The translations under genes and the position numbers were made by a program. Below the pieces are notes generated by a model. It did not search any database, had not been told where the DNA came from, and was given only the letters and a program-made list of their open reading frames with translations. A stretch of 64,000 nt of DNA from Dokdonella koreensis DS-123 (lineage in GTDB: Bacteria; Pseudomonadota; Gammaproteobacteria; Xanthomonadales; Rhodanobacteraceae), in NCBI RefSeq assembly GCF_001632775.1, contig NZ_CP015249.1, forward strand, positions 288,686 to 352,685, given 5' to 3'. Of the stretch, positions 47,504-57,990 are shown in pieces. The stretch's first letter is position 1. Each line of letters opens with the position of its first letter.

Positions 47504-49042
47504 ATGACCGAGTCGACGCCCGCGCTGCGCCTCCTGGTCGTCGAGGACGACCCGCTCGACGCCGAGCTGATCCTCGACGAACTGCGCGCCGACGGCCTGG
47601 TGTTCGAGGCGCGCGTCGTCGACGACGAGCCGCGTTTTCGAGAAAACCTTTCGGTGTTCGCGCCCGACATCGTGCTGTCGGACCTGTCGATGCCCGGCTT
47701 CAGCGGCTATCGCGCGCTGCAGATCCTGCGGGACGAAGCACCGCGGACGCCGTTCATCTTCGTCTCCGGCACGATCGGCGAGGACGCCGCGATCGAGGCG
47801 CTGCGCAGCGGCGCCACCGACTACATCCTCAAGGGCCGGCTGGCACGCATGGCTTCGGCCGTGCGCCGCGCGCTGCGCGAGGCCGACGACGCCGTTGCGC
47901 GCGACCGCGCCGAGTCGGAGCTGCTGCGCGCGCAGCGCTTCGAGAGCCTGGCGATGCTCGCCGGCGGCCTCAGCCACGACCTGCGCAACATCCTGCAGCC
48001 GCTGCTGCTGACGGCCCCGATGATCGCCGCCAGCGACGACGCCGAGCTGCGCAAGCACGGCGAGCTGGTGGGCGACTGCGCGCGCCGCGGCCTGGAAATG
48101 GTCGCCTCGATGCTGTCGTTCGCGCGCGGCGCCCGCGTGGAGATCGAGCGCGTGCGGCTGGCCGCGCTGTTCGACGCGCTGGCGATGCTGCTGCGTGGCA
48201 GCGTGCCGCGCAACGTGACGCTGGTGTTCGAGAAGCCCGACGAGGAACTGCTGCTCGAAGGCAACCAGACCGAGCTCCAGCAATGCCTGTTGAACCTGTG
48301 TCTGAACGCGCTGCAGGCGATGCCCGACGGCGGCACGCTGACGCTCTCGGCCGTCGCCGCGCAGCTGGAGGGCGACTTCTTCGGCGAGGACGAGTCGCCG
48401 GTTCCCGGCGCCTATCTCCGGCTGGAGGTGCGGGATACCGGCATGGGCATGTCCGAGGACGTGCGCCGCAGCCTGTTCCGGCCGTTCTTCACGACCAAGA
48501 GCGACGGCACCGGCCTGGGCCTGCTGTCGTGCAAGCGCATCGTCACCAACCATCGCGGCTACCTGCGCGTGGCCAGCGAGGTCGGCACGGGCACCACGTT
48601 CACGCTCTACCTGCCGCTGGCCACCGTCGAGGGCGCGCCGGAAAACGCCGCGCTGCCGCGCGGGCGCGGCGAGCGCATCCTGGTCGTCGCCGAGAAGGCC
48701 GGCAAGCTGACGATGCTGTTCGACTGCCTGGACTTGAACGGCTACTCGGCCACCACCGCGCAGAGCGGCACCGAGGCGCTGCAGAAGATCGACGCCACCG
48801 GCATTCCCCAACTGCTGGTCATGGATGCCGACCTCAACCAGATGACCGGCGTGCGCACGATGGCGGCCCTGCTCGAGCGCGGCTTTTCCGGGCCGATGAT
48901 CCTGCTGGTACGCCCCGACCGGCCGGTCGACCGCGACGGCCTGCCGCCGGTGGAGCGCATCCGCTTCGTCGACAAGCCCGTGTCGGTACCGGCGCTGCTG
49001 CGCGCCGTGCGCGAGGAACTGGACGCCGTCGCCGGCGACTGA
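47504..49042 (+). CDS. hybrid histidine kinase/response regulator (REC-HisKA-HATPase-REC)
   Basis: N-terminal receiver LLVVEDDPLDAE..VLSDLSMPGFSG, HisKA SHDLRNILQPL, HATPase (RDTGMGM, GTGLGL) and a C-terminal receiver-like domain. Confidence 0.85.
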   Translation: MTESTPALRLLVVEDDPLDAELILDELRADGLVFEARVVDDEPRFRENLSVFAPDIVLSDLSMPGFSGYRALQILRDEAPRTPFIFVSGTIGEDAAIEALRSGATDYILKGRLARMASAVRRALREADDAVARDRAESELLRAQRFESLAMLAGGLSHDLRNILQPLLLTAPMIAASDDAELRKHGELVGDCARRGLEMVASMLSFARGARVEIERVRLAALFDALAMLLRGSVPRNVTLVFEKPDEELLLEGNQTELQQCLLNLCLNALQAMPDGGTLTLSAVAAQLEGDFFGEDESPVPGAYLRLEVRDTGMGMSEDVRRSLFRPFFTTKSDGTGLGLLSCKRIVTNHRGYLRVASEVGTGTTFTLYLPLATVEGAPENAALPRGRGERILVVAEKAGKLTMLFDCLDLNGYSATTAQSGTEALQKIDATGIPQLLVMDADLNQMTGVRTMAALLERGFSGPMILLVRPDRPVDRDGLPPVERIRFVDKPVSVPALLRAVREELDAVAGD

Positions 49043-49055
49043 CGCCGCGCCGGCC

Positions 49056-49784
49056 TCAGCGCGCGGCCGGCGGATTCGGCGCCGGCGCGCCGAACAGCAC
49101 CTCCGCCCGCTGGAACAGCACCCACGAGGTGGCGATGTACTTGTCGCCGCCCTTGGGGCGGTTGCCGCGGTGCGTATGCGTGTAGCTGGCCGGCGCGATC
49201 AGCAGCGAGCCGGTACGCGGGGCCACCTTGCGCTGCTGGTGGAAGAACTCCGTCTCGCCCTCGGCGAAGCCGTCGTTGAGGTAGACCGTCCACAGCACCG
49301 TCCGGTGCAGCGTCTCGCCGCCCGGGTCGCCCACCTTCGGGTACAGCTCGCAGTGCCAGTACGGATAGCCGCCCTGGTCGGCCAGGTACTTCTGGATGTT
49401 GATCGTGCCGGGCCGGAACACCTTCACCGCCAGCTGCTGCAGCAGCGTGTCCGGCATCGCACGCAGGTCGTCCGCGCCCAGCATGCGCAGGCAGCCGGCC
49501 CCGTCGGGCATGCGCAGCGACAATGGTGCCAGCGCCGTGTACGGGTACTTGCGCAGGTACGCCATCAGGCAGCGCAGCATCGCCGTGTTGAGCACGTTGA
49601 GCGCGTCCTGCCAATCGGGGTAGTCGTCGATGCAGATGTCCCAGCTGTCCTTGAGCTGGGTATCGACGCCGCCGCCCGTCGCACCGCGCACCGCCTTGCC
49701 GCTGGCCTCGAAACGCCGGACCAGCGCCTGGCAGGTGACCGCGTCGATCGCGTTCTCGTAGACCTCGATGAAGTCGTCAGCCAT
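49056..49784 (-). CDS. 2OG-Fe(II) oxygenase superfamily protein (242 aa)
   Basis: Internal ATG (complement of 49782..49784) gives MADDFIEVYENAID... Candidate HxD...H triad with YPYWHCELYP and LHRTVLWTVYLNDG. Fold-level call only. Confidence 0.6.
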   Translation of the reverse strand: MADDFIEVYENAIDAVTCQALVRRFEASGKAVRGATGGGVDTQLKDSWDICIDDYPDWQDALNVLNTAMLRCLMAYLRKYPYTALAPLSLRMPDGAGCLRMLGADDLRAMPDTLLQQLAVKVFRPGTINIQKYLADQGGYPYWHCELYPKVGDPGGETLHRTVLWTVYLNDGFAEGETEFFHQQRKVAPRTGSLLIAPASYTHTHRGNRPKGGDKYIATSWVLFQRAEVLFGAPAPNPPAAR

Positions 49785-49916
49785 GGGGGTTCCACCGAAA
49801 ATGCCATCGTAGCAGCCGACGGCTGCCCCTCGCTGTGGCTGGTGAGCGCGCGACCACAGCCGAATCGACGAGATCCGCGGCGTGCATGCACGCCGCGCGG
49901 ATCTCAAGTCGGCCCT

Positions 49917-52900
49917 CTAGTCCTTGCCGCAGGCGACCCAGGGGATGCTGATGCCCGGCAACGGCTTGCCGTCCTTCAGCACCACCCCCAAGGGCTGGCT
50001 GGTCGGCTTCGGTCCTTCGGTATCCCCCAGTCGCGGCAAACCGCTGAAATGGAAGACGCGCAGATCGCCCGCGGCACTGGCCATGGCGGCCGTGCCCTTC
50101 ACGCCCATCAGCTCGACCGAGGTGATGGCATCCAGCCCGCTGCCCTGGAGCGTGATGTCCACATCCTTGAGGCAGGCGCGCAACGCGCCGTCCTCGCCCG
50201 TCGCCGAGACCTTGTCGACCTTGGTCGGCGTGGCGGCCTTCGTATCGGCCGCCGTTGCGGATGGCTTGCTGGCGCCATCACCGCATCTATCGCCCGATCC
50301 GACCCGATTGACCTGGAACGACACCGGTGCGCCATCGCCGGCCACGTAGATCGGGAAGCTGTCGCGGCCCCGCAGCAGGGCGACATCGAGCCGGCTGGAG
50401 AACGTGAAATTGAAGCAGTGTCCTTGCGTGGTCGCCTTGCGCGTGCAGACCAGCGAGTTCACCTTGCTGCCGCCAACGTAGACCCGGGTTTCCTTTTCGC
50501 TGCGTGCGATCGGAAACTCAATCGAGAAATCGGTCTGGCCCGCGCAGCGATGGACCTCGGTGGGGACGATTCGGGCCAACGCCCTGGGGTCGCTCTGCGG
50601 CGCGCAGTGTGCGCCGACCACCGTTCGCTCGATGTCCAGCGGATAGCTGTCGACGCCGTTCTGGGTGAACACCGAAACCTGGGTCTGCGTAAGACCGGCC
50701 AAGGCCGAGCGCAGCGGCCCGGTGGCGAAGCTCACCTGCAGGCCGTCCATATCCGGCAGCACGCTGATGTCGGCGGATGCGGCTGGCATGCCGGCGATAC
50801 TGACCTGGGCACCGCGCCACAGATCCGGTCCACGGATAGCAATGCCGATCTTCTCGGGACACAGGTTGATCTTCTGCGGCACCACCGCGACGATGCGCGC
50901 CGTCGGTGGCGCGCCGCCATAGCTGCGCGCTAGGACGCGTGTCAGCGCATCGAGGTTGCCGCGCGCGGCAGGCAGTTCGACGTTCACCACCGGCACGCCG
51001 TTAGCTGGGGTATCCAGCAGTGCGTTCCTGTCGCCGATGTCACCGATCCAGGCTGCCTGCTGGCGTAGCTCGACGCGTTTCCACCAGCCTGGCAGCGCCA
51101 GGTCCACCGTGACGTCGAAGCTCGCTGGCGGAAAATCGAATTTCACGATGTCGCGCACCGTGCCGGCCACGACGCGTTGCCGCGGGCCGAAGATCCAGCC
51201 GAAGCCCGGCGACTGGGCCGGCGTCTTGGCGCGGGTGTCTTCGCACGACGTGGCGGACGGGGGCGGGCGGCTTTCGTGCCCTGCCTGCGCGTAACCCACG
51301 ACCAGCGGCAGGCGCTCCATGGCCTGGGCACGGCTCGTCATCTGTCGACCGAACGAGGCTGCTGCCTGGGCGTCGAGACCGCTGAGCGGCTTGGCCGCGC
51401 TCAAGGCAGCGGCCAGGGTGATCGCCTCGGCGGCTGAGGAACTGATCGACACGCGCTGCGCCAACTCATTGGGTGCCACCGAGTAGACGTACGGCGTGCT
51501 GTTGCCGGTCTTCTCGAGCATCCGGCGGAACCGGGTCAGCGATTCGTCCCCGCAGGCCGACACGGGTGCCGGCAGCTGCCCCGCATCGCCGGGGAACGCC
51601 TTAGTGAGCTGCAACAGGCTCAGCACCACGTTTTCCGCCCCGTTGCGAGCAACGGTGGCGATTTCCTCGCGTTGTGAGAGTCCCTGCAGGATCGACGCCG
51701 TGTAGGGCAGTGTCGCTTTCGACGAAAGCCGTATCTCCGCAAAGGCAGCGCTGTCGATCAAAGCGGCGAGCTGCGCGTCAGTCAACGTGTTGCGTGCCAG
51801 CAGCAGCATCGCATTGAGCCCGCCGGTCGCTTGCGATTGAAGGGAGGTCAGTTCGGACGTCGTGGAGAGGGGTTCGACCAATCTCTTGCGGCCGGCTACG
51901 GCCGCTTGAATGGTCTGTCGCTCGGATGGAGTTGATGCCAGATAGGAGTCCTTGAGCAGCGCAAGGTCCTGGGTCTTGAGGCTGAGCGTCATGAACGCAA
52001 GAGCGGCCGTCTGCTCGGACGTGCGGGGGGTGTCTGCGTCAGGGATTGGAGCGGGGGTTATCGTGCCGCCGGGTTGTCCGGACGTTTTGTTGGCATTGGA
52101 ACCCCCAACCCGCTTGGTCGATCCGACAGTCCGTCGATTGTCCCTGATGTACGTCGCGCATGGATCGTGTTGCGCTTCATCGACATCTTTGCATCTGACT
52201 TCCATGTAGTCCTTGTAAAGGTCACCAGCCAGGCATTCCTCTTTGTCGTGTTCATTGGATGCTTTACGGCAATGATCCGCGTCGTTGGCCAGGTAGCTGA
52301 TGGAGCGCGTCAGGACCGACTGATTGATGTAGGGAAGCGCCTGCAGCTCGGGCTTCATTTTCTTGCGAATCCGACTCGGGAGACTCGCGTCCCACAAGCA
52401 GAGGGCTCTGGATTTGTTGATGGTGTTGGAATGCAGGCTGTCCGTGCAGGCCTTTGCATCCGACGCCAATTTCTCGTCCAGCAGTGGAATGATCAGATGT
52501 TCGAGATGCGGGAACAGGCTGGTGAGTTCGATGCCCACCTCGTAAGGAAGCGCTGCCGTGAACGGAATGCAATCTGCGGCCACGGCGGCCGCTTCCACCC
52601 ACGAAGCCGCGCCCAGGCAAGGGTCGACCAGTGAGCTGCGTGTCCGGTTGAGCGAATCGGCCTGCGGAGACACGTAGAAGGTCACTGGGTAGAACAGGCG
52701 GCTCGATACCCCGAAGAATTGCAGTTCCCGATTGGACATCTGCGAGGTGTCGCGGCTGTCCTGGCCCTGGTTCATGCGATAGGTGAGGTGTCCCAGCCAG
52801 CGCAGGTAAAGATCTTCGTAGTCCTGGGATTCGTGAACGGGCGCGTGGATCTGGTAGCTGAGGGCGGCGTAACGATCATTGGTGGCGCCCGGAACGATCG

Positions 52901-53657
52901 TCACCGGGATACGCAGCTTGTAGAGTGCACGCCCATCGGCGTCGTGCAGGTCGTCAAGCTGAAGCTCGTTGTAGAGCGCGTTGAGATCTTCGCGATAGGC
53001 CAAAAGGTCGCGCAGACGTTCGCGCGGGCCTGAGCCTACCGCCGCCAGCGGACTGTCCGTGCCGGCGCGCAGCTCGGCGAGCCGGGTGTCGAGCAGCTTG
53101 AGCAGTGCCTCGGCCCTGGCATTTGCATCGGTATCCGCGATGCCGGATGCGGGCTCGTCCGCGGCGGCCTCGCCCGTCGTTTCGGCCTCACCGACGTCGG
53201 CAGCTACGCCCGCGGCCTTTGGCGCCGCGGCTTGAATGCTGTTGGACTTGGCATCGCCCAATGCGGCGATACTTTGTCGCAGTTCGAGTACCGCCATCTC
53301 GTGCCGCAGGCGAGCCAGCTCATCCTCGCGACTGTTGCTGCGCGCGGCGCCTTGGTCGTAGTTGGCGCTCAGCGATGCGCTGATGGCGGTGATTGCTTCC
53401 ACTTGCCGTGCGATATCGGCACCGAATTGTCGGTGGAATTCCGGCTCCGATGCTTCCTTTTGAAGTTTCTCGACCCATGCCATGTCTGCGCGCCTCTGGT
53501 TGATGAGGCTTTCGCGAGAAAAGACCTGCGGGCTGCCGGCCAGAATGACGGCGTTTGACTGGGCACCGCCGTGGCGGATGGCCGGTTCTTTGATGGCACA
53601 GCCCGCGAGCAGGCAAAGCAACGCCGTCACCGACGTTACGCGGCAATTGGATAGCAT
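49917..53657 (-). CDS. large lipoprotein of unknown function (1246 aa)
   Basis: ATG with a GGAGGGGGG RBS. Lipobox LLCLLAGCAIK. N-terminal coiled-coil. The central ~800 bp (about 51900..52700) is markedly lower GC. No known domain recognised. Confidence 0.7.
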   Translation of the reverse strand: MLSNCRVTSVTALLCLLAGCAIKEPAIRHGGAQSNAVILAGSPQVFSRESLINQRRADMAWVEKLQKEASEPEFHRQFGADIARQVEAITAISASLSANYDQGAARSNSREDELARLRHEMAVLELRQSIAALGDAKSNSIQAAAPKAAGVAADVGEAETTGEAAADEPASGIADTDANARAEALLKLLDTRLAELRAGTDSPLAAVGSGPRERLRDLLAYREDLNALYNELQLDDLHDADGRALYKLRIPVTIVPGATNDRYAALSYQIHAPVHESQDYEDLYLRWLGHLTYRMNQGQDSRDTSQMSNRELQFFGVSSRLFYPVTFYVSPQADSLNRTRSSLVDPCLGAASWVEAAAVAADCIPFTAALPYEVGIELTSLFPHLEHLIIPLLDEKLASDAKACTDSLHSNTINKSRALCLWDASLPSRIRKKMKPELQALPYINQSVLTRSISYLANDADHCRKASNEHDKEECLAGDLYKDYMEVRCKDVDEAQHDPCATYIRDNRRTVGSTKRVGGSNANKTSGQPGGTITPAPIPDADTPRTSEQTAALAFMTLSLKTQDLALLKDSYLASTPSERQTIQAAVAGRKRLVEPLSTTSELTSLQSQATGGLNAMLLLARNTLTDAQLAALIDSAAFAEIRLSSKATLPYTASILQGLSQREEIATVARNGAENVVLSLLQLTKAFPGDAGQLPAPVSACGDESLTRFRRMLEKTGNSTPYVYSVAPNELAQRVSISSSAAEAITLAAALSAAKPLSGLDAQAAASFGRQMTSRAQAMERLPLVVGYAQAGHESRPPPSATSCEDTRAKTPAQSPGFGWIFGPRQRVVAGTVRDIVKFDFPPASFDVTVDLALPGWWKRVELRQQAAWIGDIGDRNALLDTPANGVPVVNVELPAARGNLDALTRVLARSYGGAPPTARIVAVVPQKINLCPEKIGIAIRGPDLWRGAQVSIAGMPAASADISVLPDMDGLQVSFATGPLRSALAGLTQTQVSVFTQNGVDSYPLDIERTVVGAHCAPQSDPRALARIVPTEVHRCAGQTDFSIEFPIARSEKETRVYVGGSKVNSLVCTRKATTQGHCFNFTFSSRLDVALLRGRDSFPIYVAGDGAPVSFQVNRVGSGDRCGDGASKPSATAADTKAATPTKVDKVSATGEDGALRACLKDVDITLQGSGLDAITSVELMGVKGTAAMASAAGDLRVFHFSGLPRLGDTEGPKPTSQPLGVVLKDGKPLPGISIPWVACGKD

Positions 53658-54377
53658 GATGGTTTCCCCCCTCCCGACGACCCGCTATGACAACGAATCT
53701 CGCCGGACCACCGCGAACGCGCATGGCATATTCCCGCGTTCACGCGGGTGATCGGGCTCCCTTGCCGAATGCCGTACGAAGAACCCTTTCAGAGAAGCAT
53801 CGGCCGGGCTAGCTTACAACCAAGTGCGTTTCTGTGCAGGAATTCACCGAACGCGTGATATTCAAGTTGCGGCCAAAAGCACGAATAATGTTTCGCGCAC
53901 AAAATGCGGTATTGCATCGGCCGTTGGCGTGAATGGCGGCCGTTCATTGCCGGCGATCGAGGGGAATGCCTATCCGGCCTTGTTTCTGGAGCACCGGCTC
54001 TTGCGGTCATCGCGGTGCCGTCGCGGCGTGCGGGACCGCTCCCGGGAGCTGGGATGGCCCATATCTGGTCGGCGCTCCTGCCGCTTTCGGTGTGACGCTT
54101 CAGGCACGCTGCGAGTCCGGTCAGGCCGTGTCGTCGGCTGCGGCATCGCCAAGCCGGCCGCACCGAAGGCGGGGCGGCGCCGGCCCGTTCGCAGCCATGT
54201 TCGCCAGGGGCTGCGCCGTACCTGCAACCGGCGAACTCGGTACGGTACGAATCTAGGTCGCCGACCGCAGAACCGGCATCCGGTCATGATCCGGCACGAT
54301 CACCGACGCAACCGGCAGCGAACGGCCGGGGATTGAGAGACTCGGGTGAGCGGCGTGCAGCGCGATCGGGAGCGCGC

Positions 54378-55421
54378 TCAGCTTGCGTCAGCCTCGGTGT
54401 GGTAGCGCGTGGCCCGCTCCACCTCGTTGCGCGAGCCCAGGAACACCGGCACGCGCTGGTGCAGCTTTTCCGGCTTGACGTCCAGGATGCGCGCGCGGCC
54501 GGTGGTGGCCGCGCCGCCGGCCTGCTCGACGACGAAGGCCATCGGGTTGGCCTCGTACATCAGGCGCAGCTTGCCCGGCTTGGACGGGTCCTTGAGGTCG
54601 CGCGGGTAGATGAAAATGCCGCCGCGGGTCAGGATGCGGTGCACGTCCGCCACCATCGAGGCGACCCAGCGCATGTTGAAGTCGCGCCCGCGCGGGCCGG
54701 TCTTGCCGGCCAGCAGTTCGTCGATGTAGCGGCGCATCGGTGGCTCCCAGTGGCGGATGTTGGACATGTTGATCGCGAACTCGCCGGTGTCCTCCGGGAT
54801 CGTCAGGTTCGACTGCGTCAGCACGAAGCCGCCCTGCTCGCGGTCCAGCGTGAACGCGTGCACGCCGTCGCCCAGCGTCAGCACCAGCACCGTGCTCGAT
54901 CCGTACACCGCATAGCCCGCGGCCACCTGGCGCGTGCCCCGTTGTAGGAACGCCTGCTCGTCCGGTTCGGTCACGCCCTCCGGGCAGCGCAGCACCGAGA
55001 AGATCGTGCCGACGGAGATGTTGACGTCGATGTTGGACGAGCCGTCCAGCGGATCGAACACCAGCAGGTACTCGCCCTTGGGATAGCGGTTGGGGATCGG
55101 ATGCGGATCGTCCATCTCCTCCGATGCCAGCGCCGCCAGGTGGCCGCCCCATTCGTTGGCTTCCAGCAGGATCTCGTTGGACAGCACGTCCAGCTTCTTC
55201 TGCGTCTCGCCCTGCACGTTCTCGGTGCCGGCCGAGCCCAGCACGCCGCCGAGCGCACCCTTGCCCACCGCGATCGAGATGCGCTTGCAGGCCCGCGCGA
55301 CCACCTCGATCAGCAGGCGCAGGTCCGCATTGATCTGGCCCTTGCTGCGCTGTTCCTCGATCAGGAAGCGGCTGAGCGAGACGGGTTTGACCGAAACCGG
55401 GCTGGGCGAGGTGTCGCTCAT
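54378..55421 (-). CDS. fbp: fructose-1,6-bisphosphatase class 1
   Basis: 347 aa with the conserved Fbp class 1 core [27 protein letters not shown] and [14 protein letters not shown]. Confidence 0.9.
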   Translation of the reverse strand: MSDTSPSPVSVKPVSLSRFLIEEQRSKGQINADLRLLIEVVARACKRISIAVGKGALGGVLGSAGTENVQGETQKKLDVLSNEILLEANEWGGHLAALASEEMDDPHPIPNRYPKGEYLLVFDPLDGSSNIDVNISVGTIFSVLRCPEGVTEPDEQAFLQRGTRQVAAGYAVYGSSTVLVLTLGDGVHAFTLDREQGGFVLTQSNLTIPEDTGEFAINMSNIRHWEPPMRRYIDELLAGKTGPRGRDFNMRWVASMVADVHRILTRGGIFIYPRDLKDPSKPGKLRLMYEANPMAFVVEQAGGAATTGRARILDVKPEKLHQRVPVFLGSRNEVERATRYHTEADAS

Positions 55422-55607
55422 GGGCGAGATCCTGGGGGCATGAAAAAGAAGCGTATTGTCGCCACTCGCAGGAGGGGAAGCCAGCCGGCCCCCCGTGCGG
55501 ACGGCCTGGTGAAGGTGCCTGCCGGAACGGCCCCGGGCAGGACGGTTGCCGCCGGCACCGCCTGGCGGTTCGCCATCGTGCGCCGGCCCAGGCCAGGCCG
55601 CGGGTCT

Positions 55608-55922
55608 TCAGCGTCTGCGGCCCGGAAAGAGGGCAATGAGGAAGAACGCCAGGAAACACACGCCGATCGAAGCGCTGACCGGCGCCAGCGCCATGCTGCC
55701 CACCCGGACCCCGTCCAGGAAATCCCCCGCCAGGGCGTTCTCCCGCGCGCCGATCACCGCGAGGCGCGGAAGCGCGACGGTGCCGAAGGTGACGAGCAGC
55801 GCGTAGAAGAACAGCAGCCAGACGCTGATGAGCCGGCCCACCACCCAGCCGCGATGGACGGCCAGCAACCGCACGGTGACCAGAACGGCGCAGACGGCAA
55901 GGGTTGTGAAAAACATGGGCAT
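55608..55922 (-). CDS. small hypothetical membrane protein (104 aa)
   Basis: Three predicted TM helices (MFFTTLAVCAVLVTVRLL, LISVWLLFFYALLVTFGTVAL, IGVCFLAFFLIALF). Confidence 0.4.
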   Translation of the reverse strand: MPMFFTTLAVCAVLVTVRLLAVHRGWVVGRLISVWLLFFYALLVTFGTVALPRLAVIGARENALAGDFLDGVRVGSMALAPVSASIGVCFLAFFLIALFPGRRR

Positions 55923-56058
55923 GGGTCATCTGCGTTGTGAAGAGAGGGATGCGCCGGCGGCTTGCAGTACGGATCATGCCGGCCGACCGGCGCCGCGGGT
56001 TCGGACCCGTGCCGGTCCGTATCGTTCCAGCCCGTATGGAATGCCGAGGCAGCGACGC

Positions 56059-56775
56059 TCACGCGACCGGTGCGTGCGTCCTCGCCCAGCGCAATCCCAG
56101 CGGCAGATGCGGCGGGCCGAACAGAAAATGCAGCACACGCCGCAGCCCGCCGCGGGTGGCCTTTGAAGACGCATGGACCGTCAACGGACGGAGGGCGACC
56201 ACCCCACCGCGCGGCACGACACAGGCCATGGGTTCGGCATGCGCCCACAAGGACCCGATCGCGGACAGCGGAAGGCGTCCCCAGCGATGCGAGCCGCGCA
56301 GCACCTGCAGCGGGCCGGTGGCCGCTGCATCCGGATCGAGCTGCAGCCGGACCGCGAGCAGCGAGGCGAGGACGGATGCCGGCGGCTGGGTGAAGACCAT
56401 CCCTTCCTTCGACGACCAGCCGGAGCAGGCCGCGTCATCCACACGCTCGGCGACCGGAATGCTGAGGTCCTGGTGCGGCGCAACCGACCAGTTGATCGCG
56501 GGGCTCTTGGCGAACACGCTGCACTGGACGGCCACCGCCCCGGTCGGCATCAGTGGGCGCAGCTGCGGATGCGTACGCAGATGATCGGCCATCGACCGCA
56601 CGGCGGGATGCTCGAGCAGGCATCGGGAGCCGGCCCCGTCCGCCCCCTGCCCGAGCGCGGCCAGCAGGTCGTCGCAGTGCGCGTCGGAGCAGATCGCCGG
56701 AATCAGGCAGACGCCATCGCGGTCGAGCACGTCCGGGAAGGACGCCTCGGGTGGCTTGATCGTCTGGTGCATCAC
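56059..56775 (-). CDS. phytanoyl-CoA dioxygenase (PhyH) family protein
   Basis: PhyH-like pattern with the HQD iron-binding motif (VAPHQDLS) and ...GSHRWG. The first codon is GTG; an ATG lies 3 nt downstream. Confidence 0.7.
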   Translation of the reverse strand: MMHQTIKPPEASFPDVLDRDGVCLIPAICSDAHCDDLLAALGQGADGAGSRCLLEHPAVRSMADHLRTHPQLRPLMPTGAVAVQCSVFAKSPAINWSVAPHQDLSIPVAERVDDAACSGWSSKEGMVFTQPPASVLASLLAVRLQLDPDAAATGPLQVLRGSHRWGRLPLSAIGSLWAHAEPMACVVPRGGVVALRPLTVHASSKATRGGLRRVLHFLFGPPHLPLGLRWARTHAPVA

Positions 56776-57087
56776 GGCTTTCGACCTGCCGAGCTGGCCG
56801 CCGGGTCACGCAGCGACCTTGATGCACGAAAGCGATGCATCCCACTTGAAGTAAGCGCTGTGTTTACTATGGCGTCGATCTCCGGTCCTTATGCAAGGCA
56901 GCCTTTAGTATGGGCCGGCGGACCGAGCCTTGTTAAAGGCTGGTAGCGACTGCGGTGTCCCGTCGCATCGGTCCATTCGTCAGGTTGAACGTCCGGTGCC
57001 GACGCCGTTTCGGGGCTTGCATTCTCGCCCCATGACCCTGATCCACGGATTCTCTGCGCTACGACCCATCCCATCGAGACGCCCACC

Positions 57088-57807
57088 ATGATCGACCTGT
57101 ACTACTGGACCACCCCCAACGGCCACAAGATCACGCTCTTCCTGGAAGAACTGGTCGACCTGGGCCAGCCGCTGCCGTACACCGTCCACCCGGTGAACAT
57201 CGGCAAGGGCGATCAGTTCAAGCCCGAGTTCCTGGCGATCTCGCCCAACAACAAGATTCCGGCGATCGTCGATCGCGACCCCGCGGGTGGCGGTGACCCG
57301 ATCAGCGTGTTCGAGTCCGGCGCCATCCTGCTGTACCTGGCCGAGAAGACCGGCCACTTCCTGCCCGCCGACGCGCGCGGGCGCGTCGAGGCGCTGGAGT
57401 GGCTGTTCTGGCAGATGGCCGGCCTCGGGCCGATGACCGGCCAGTACGGCCATTTCCATGTGTATGCGCCGGAGAAGATTCCGTATGCGCTCGACCGCTA
57501 CACCAAGGAGGTCCAGCGCCTGCTCGGCGTGCTCGACCAGCGCCTGGCCGACCGTGCCTTCCTTGCCGGCAGCGACTACGGCATCGCCGACATGGCCACC
57601 TACCCCTGGATCAACCCGTACACGCCGGCGGCGCTGGATCTGGAACCCTACGCGCACGTGCGGCGCTGGCACGCGGCCATTGCCGCACGGCCGGCCACCC
57701 AGCGCGCCTATGCACTCGCGCAGAAGATCAATCCGGCCGCCGGGCAGCCGCTGACGGAAGACGAACGCAAGCAGCTGTTCGGCCAGGGCCCGCGCGATCG
57801 CGACTAG
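57088..57807 (+). CDS. glutathione S-transferase (YghU/Nu-class-like)
   Basis: MIDLYYWTTPNGHKITLFLEEL...ISPNNKIPAIVD...ESGAILLYLAEKTG is very close to E. coli YghU/YfcG-type GSTs. Confidence 0.85.
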   Translation: MIDLYYWTTPNGHKITLFLEELVDLGQPLPYTVHPVNIGKGDQFKPEFLAISPNNKIPAIVDRDPAGGGDPISVFESGAILLYLAEKTGHFLPADARGRVEALEWLFWQMAGLGPMTGQYGHFHVYAPEKIPYALDRYTKEVQRLLGVLDQRLADRAFLAGSDYGIADMATYPWINPYTPAALDLEPYAHVRRWHAAIAARPATQRAYALAQKINPAAGQPLTEDERKQLFGQGPRDRD

Positions 57808-57990
57808 GCCTCGTCCGGCCGGGCGCCGTGCGGCCGCGTGAGTATGGCGAACGTCACGGCGATTCCGCCGGCCGCCGTGTCGTGTTCCATGCCAGCGCGA
57901 GCGCCTCGTGATGCGCGATGAAGGGCGCCCACCGTCACCATAAGGGCGTTCTTCAAGAGTCAGAGGCGATTTCGTATGTCCGGTACGGCT

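Noticed and set aside
53824-54336. 170-aa ORF in the 720-bp leader upstream of the giant lipoprotein
   Set aside because: The translation is Arg-rich and low-complexity. The region is better explained as a non-coding leader or promoter with a palindromic operator-like site.
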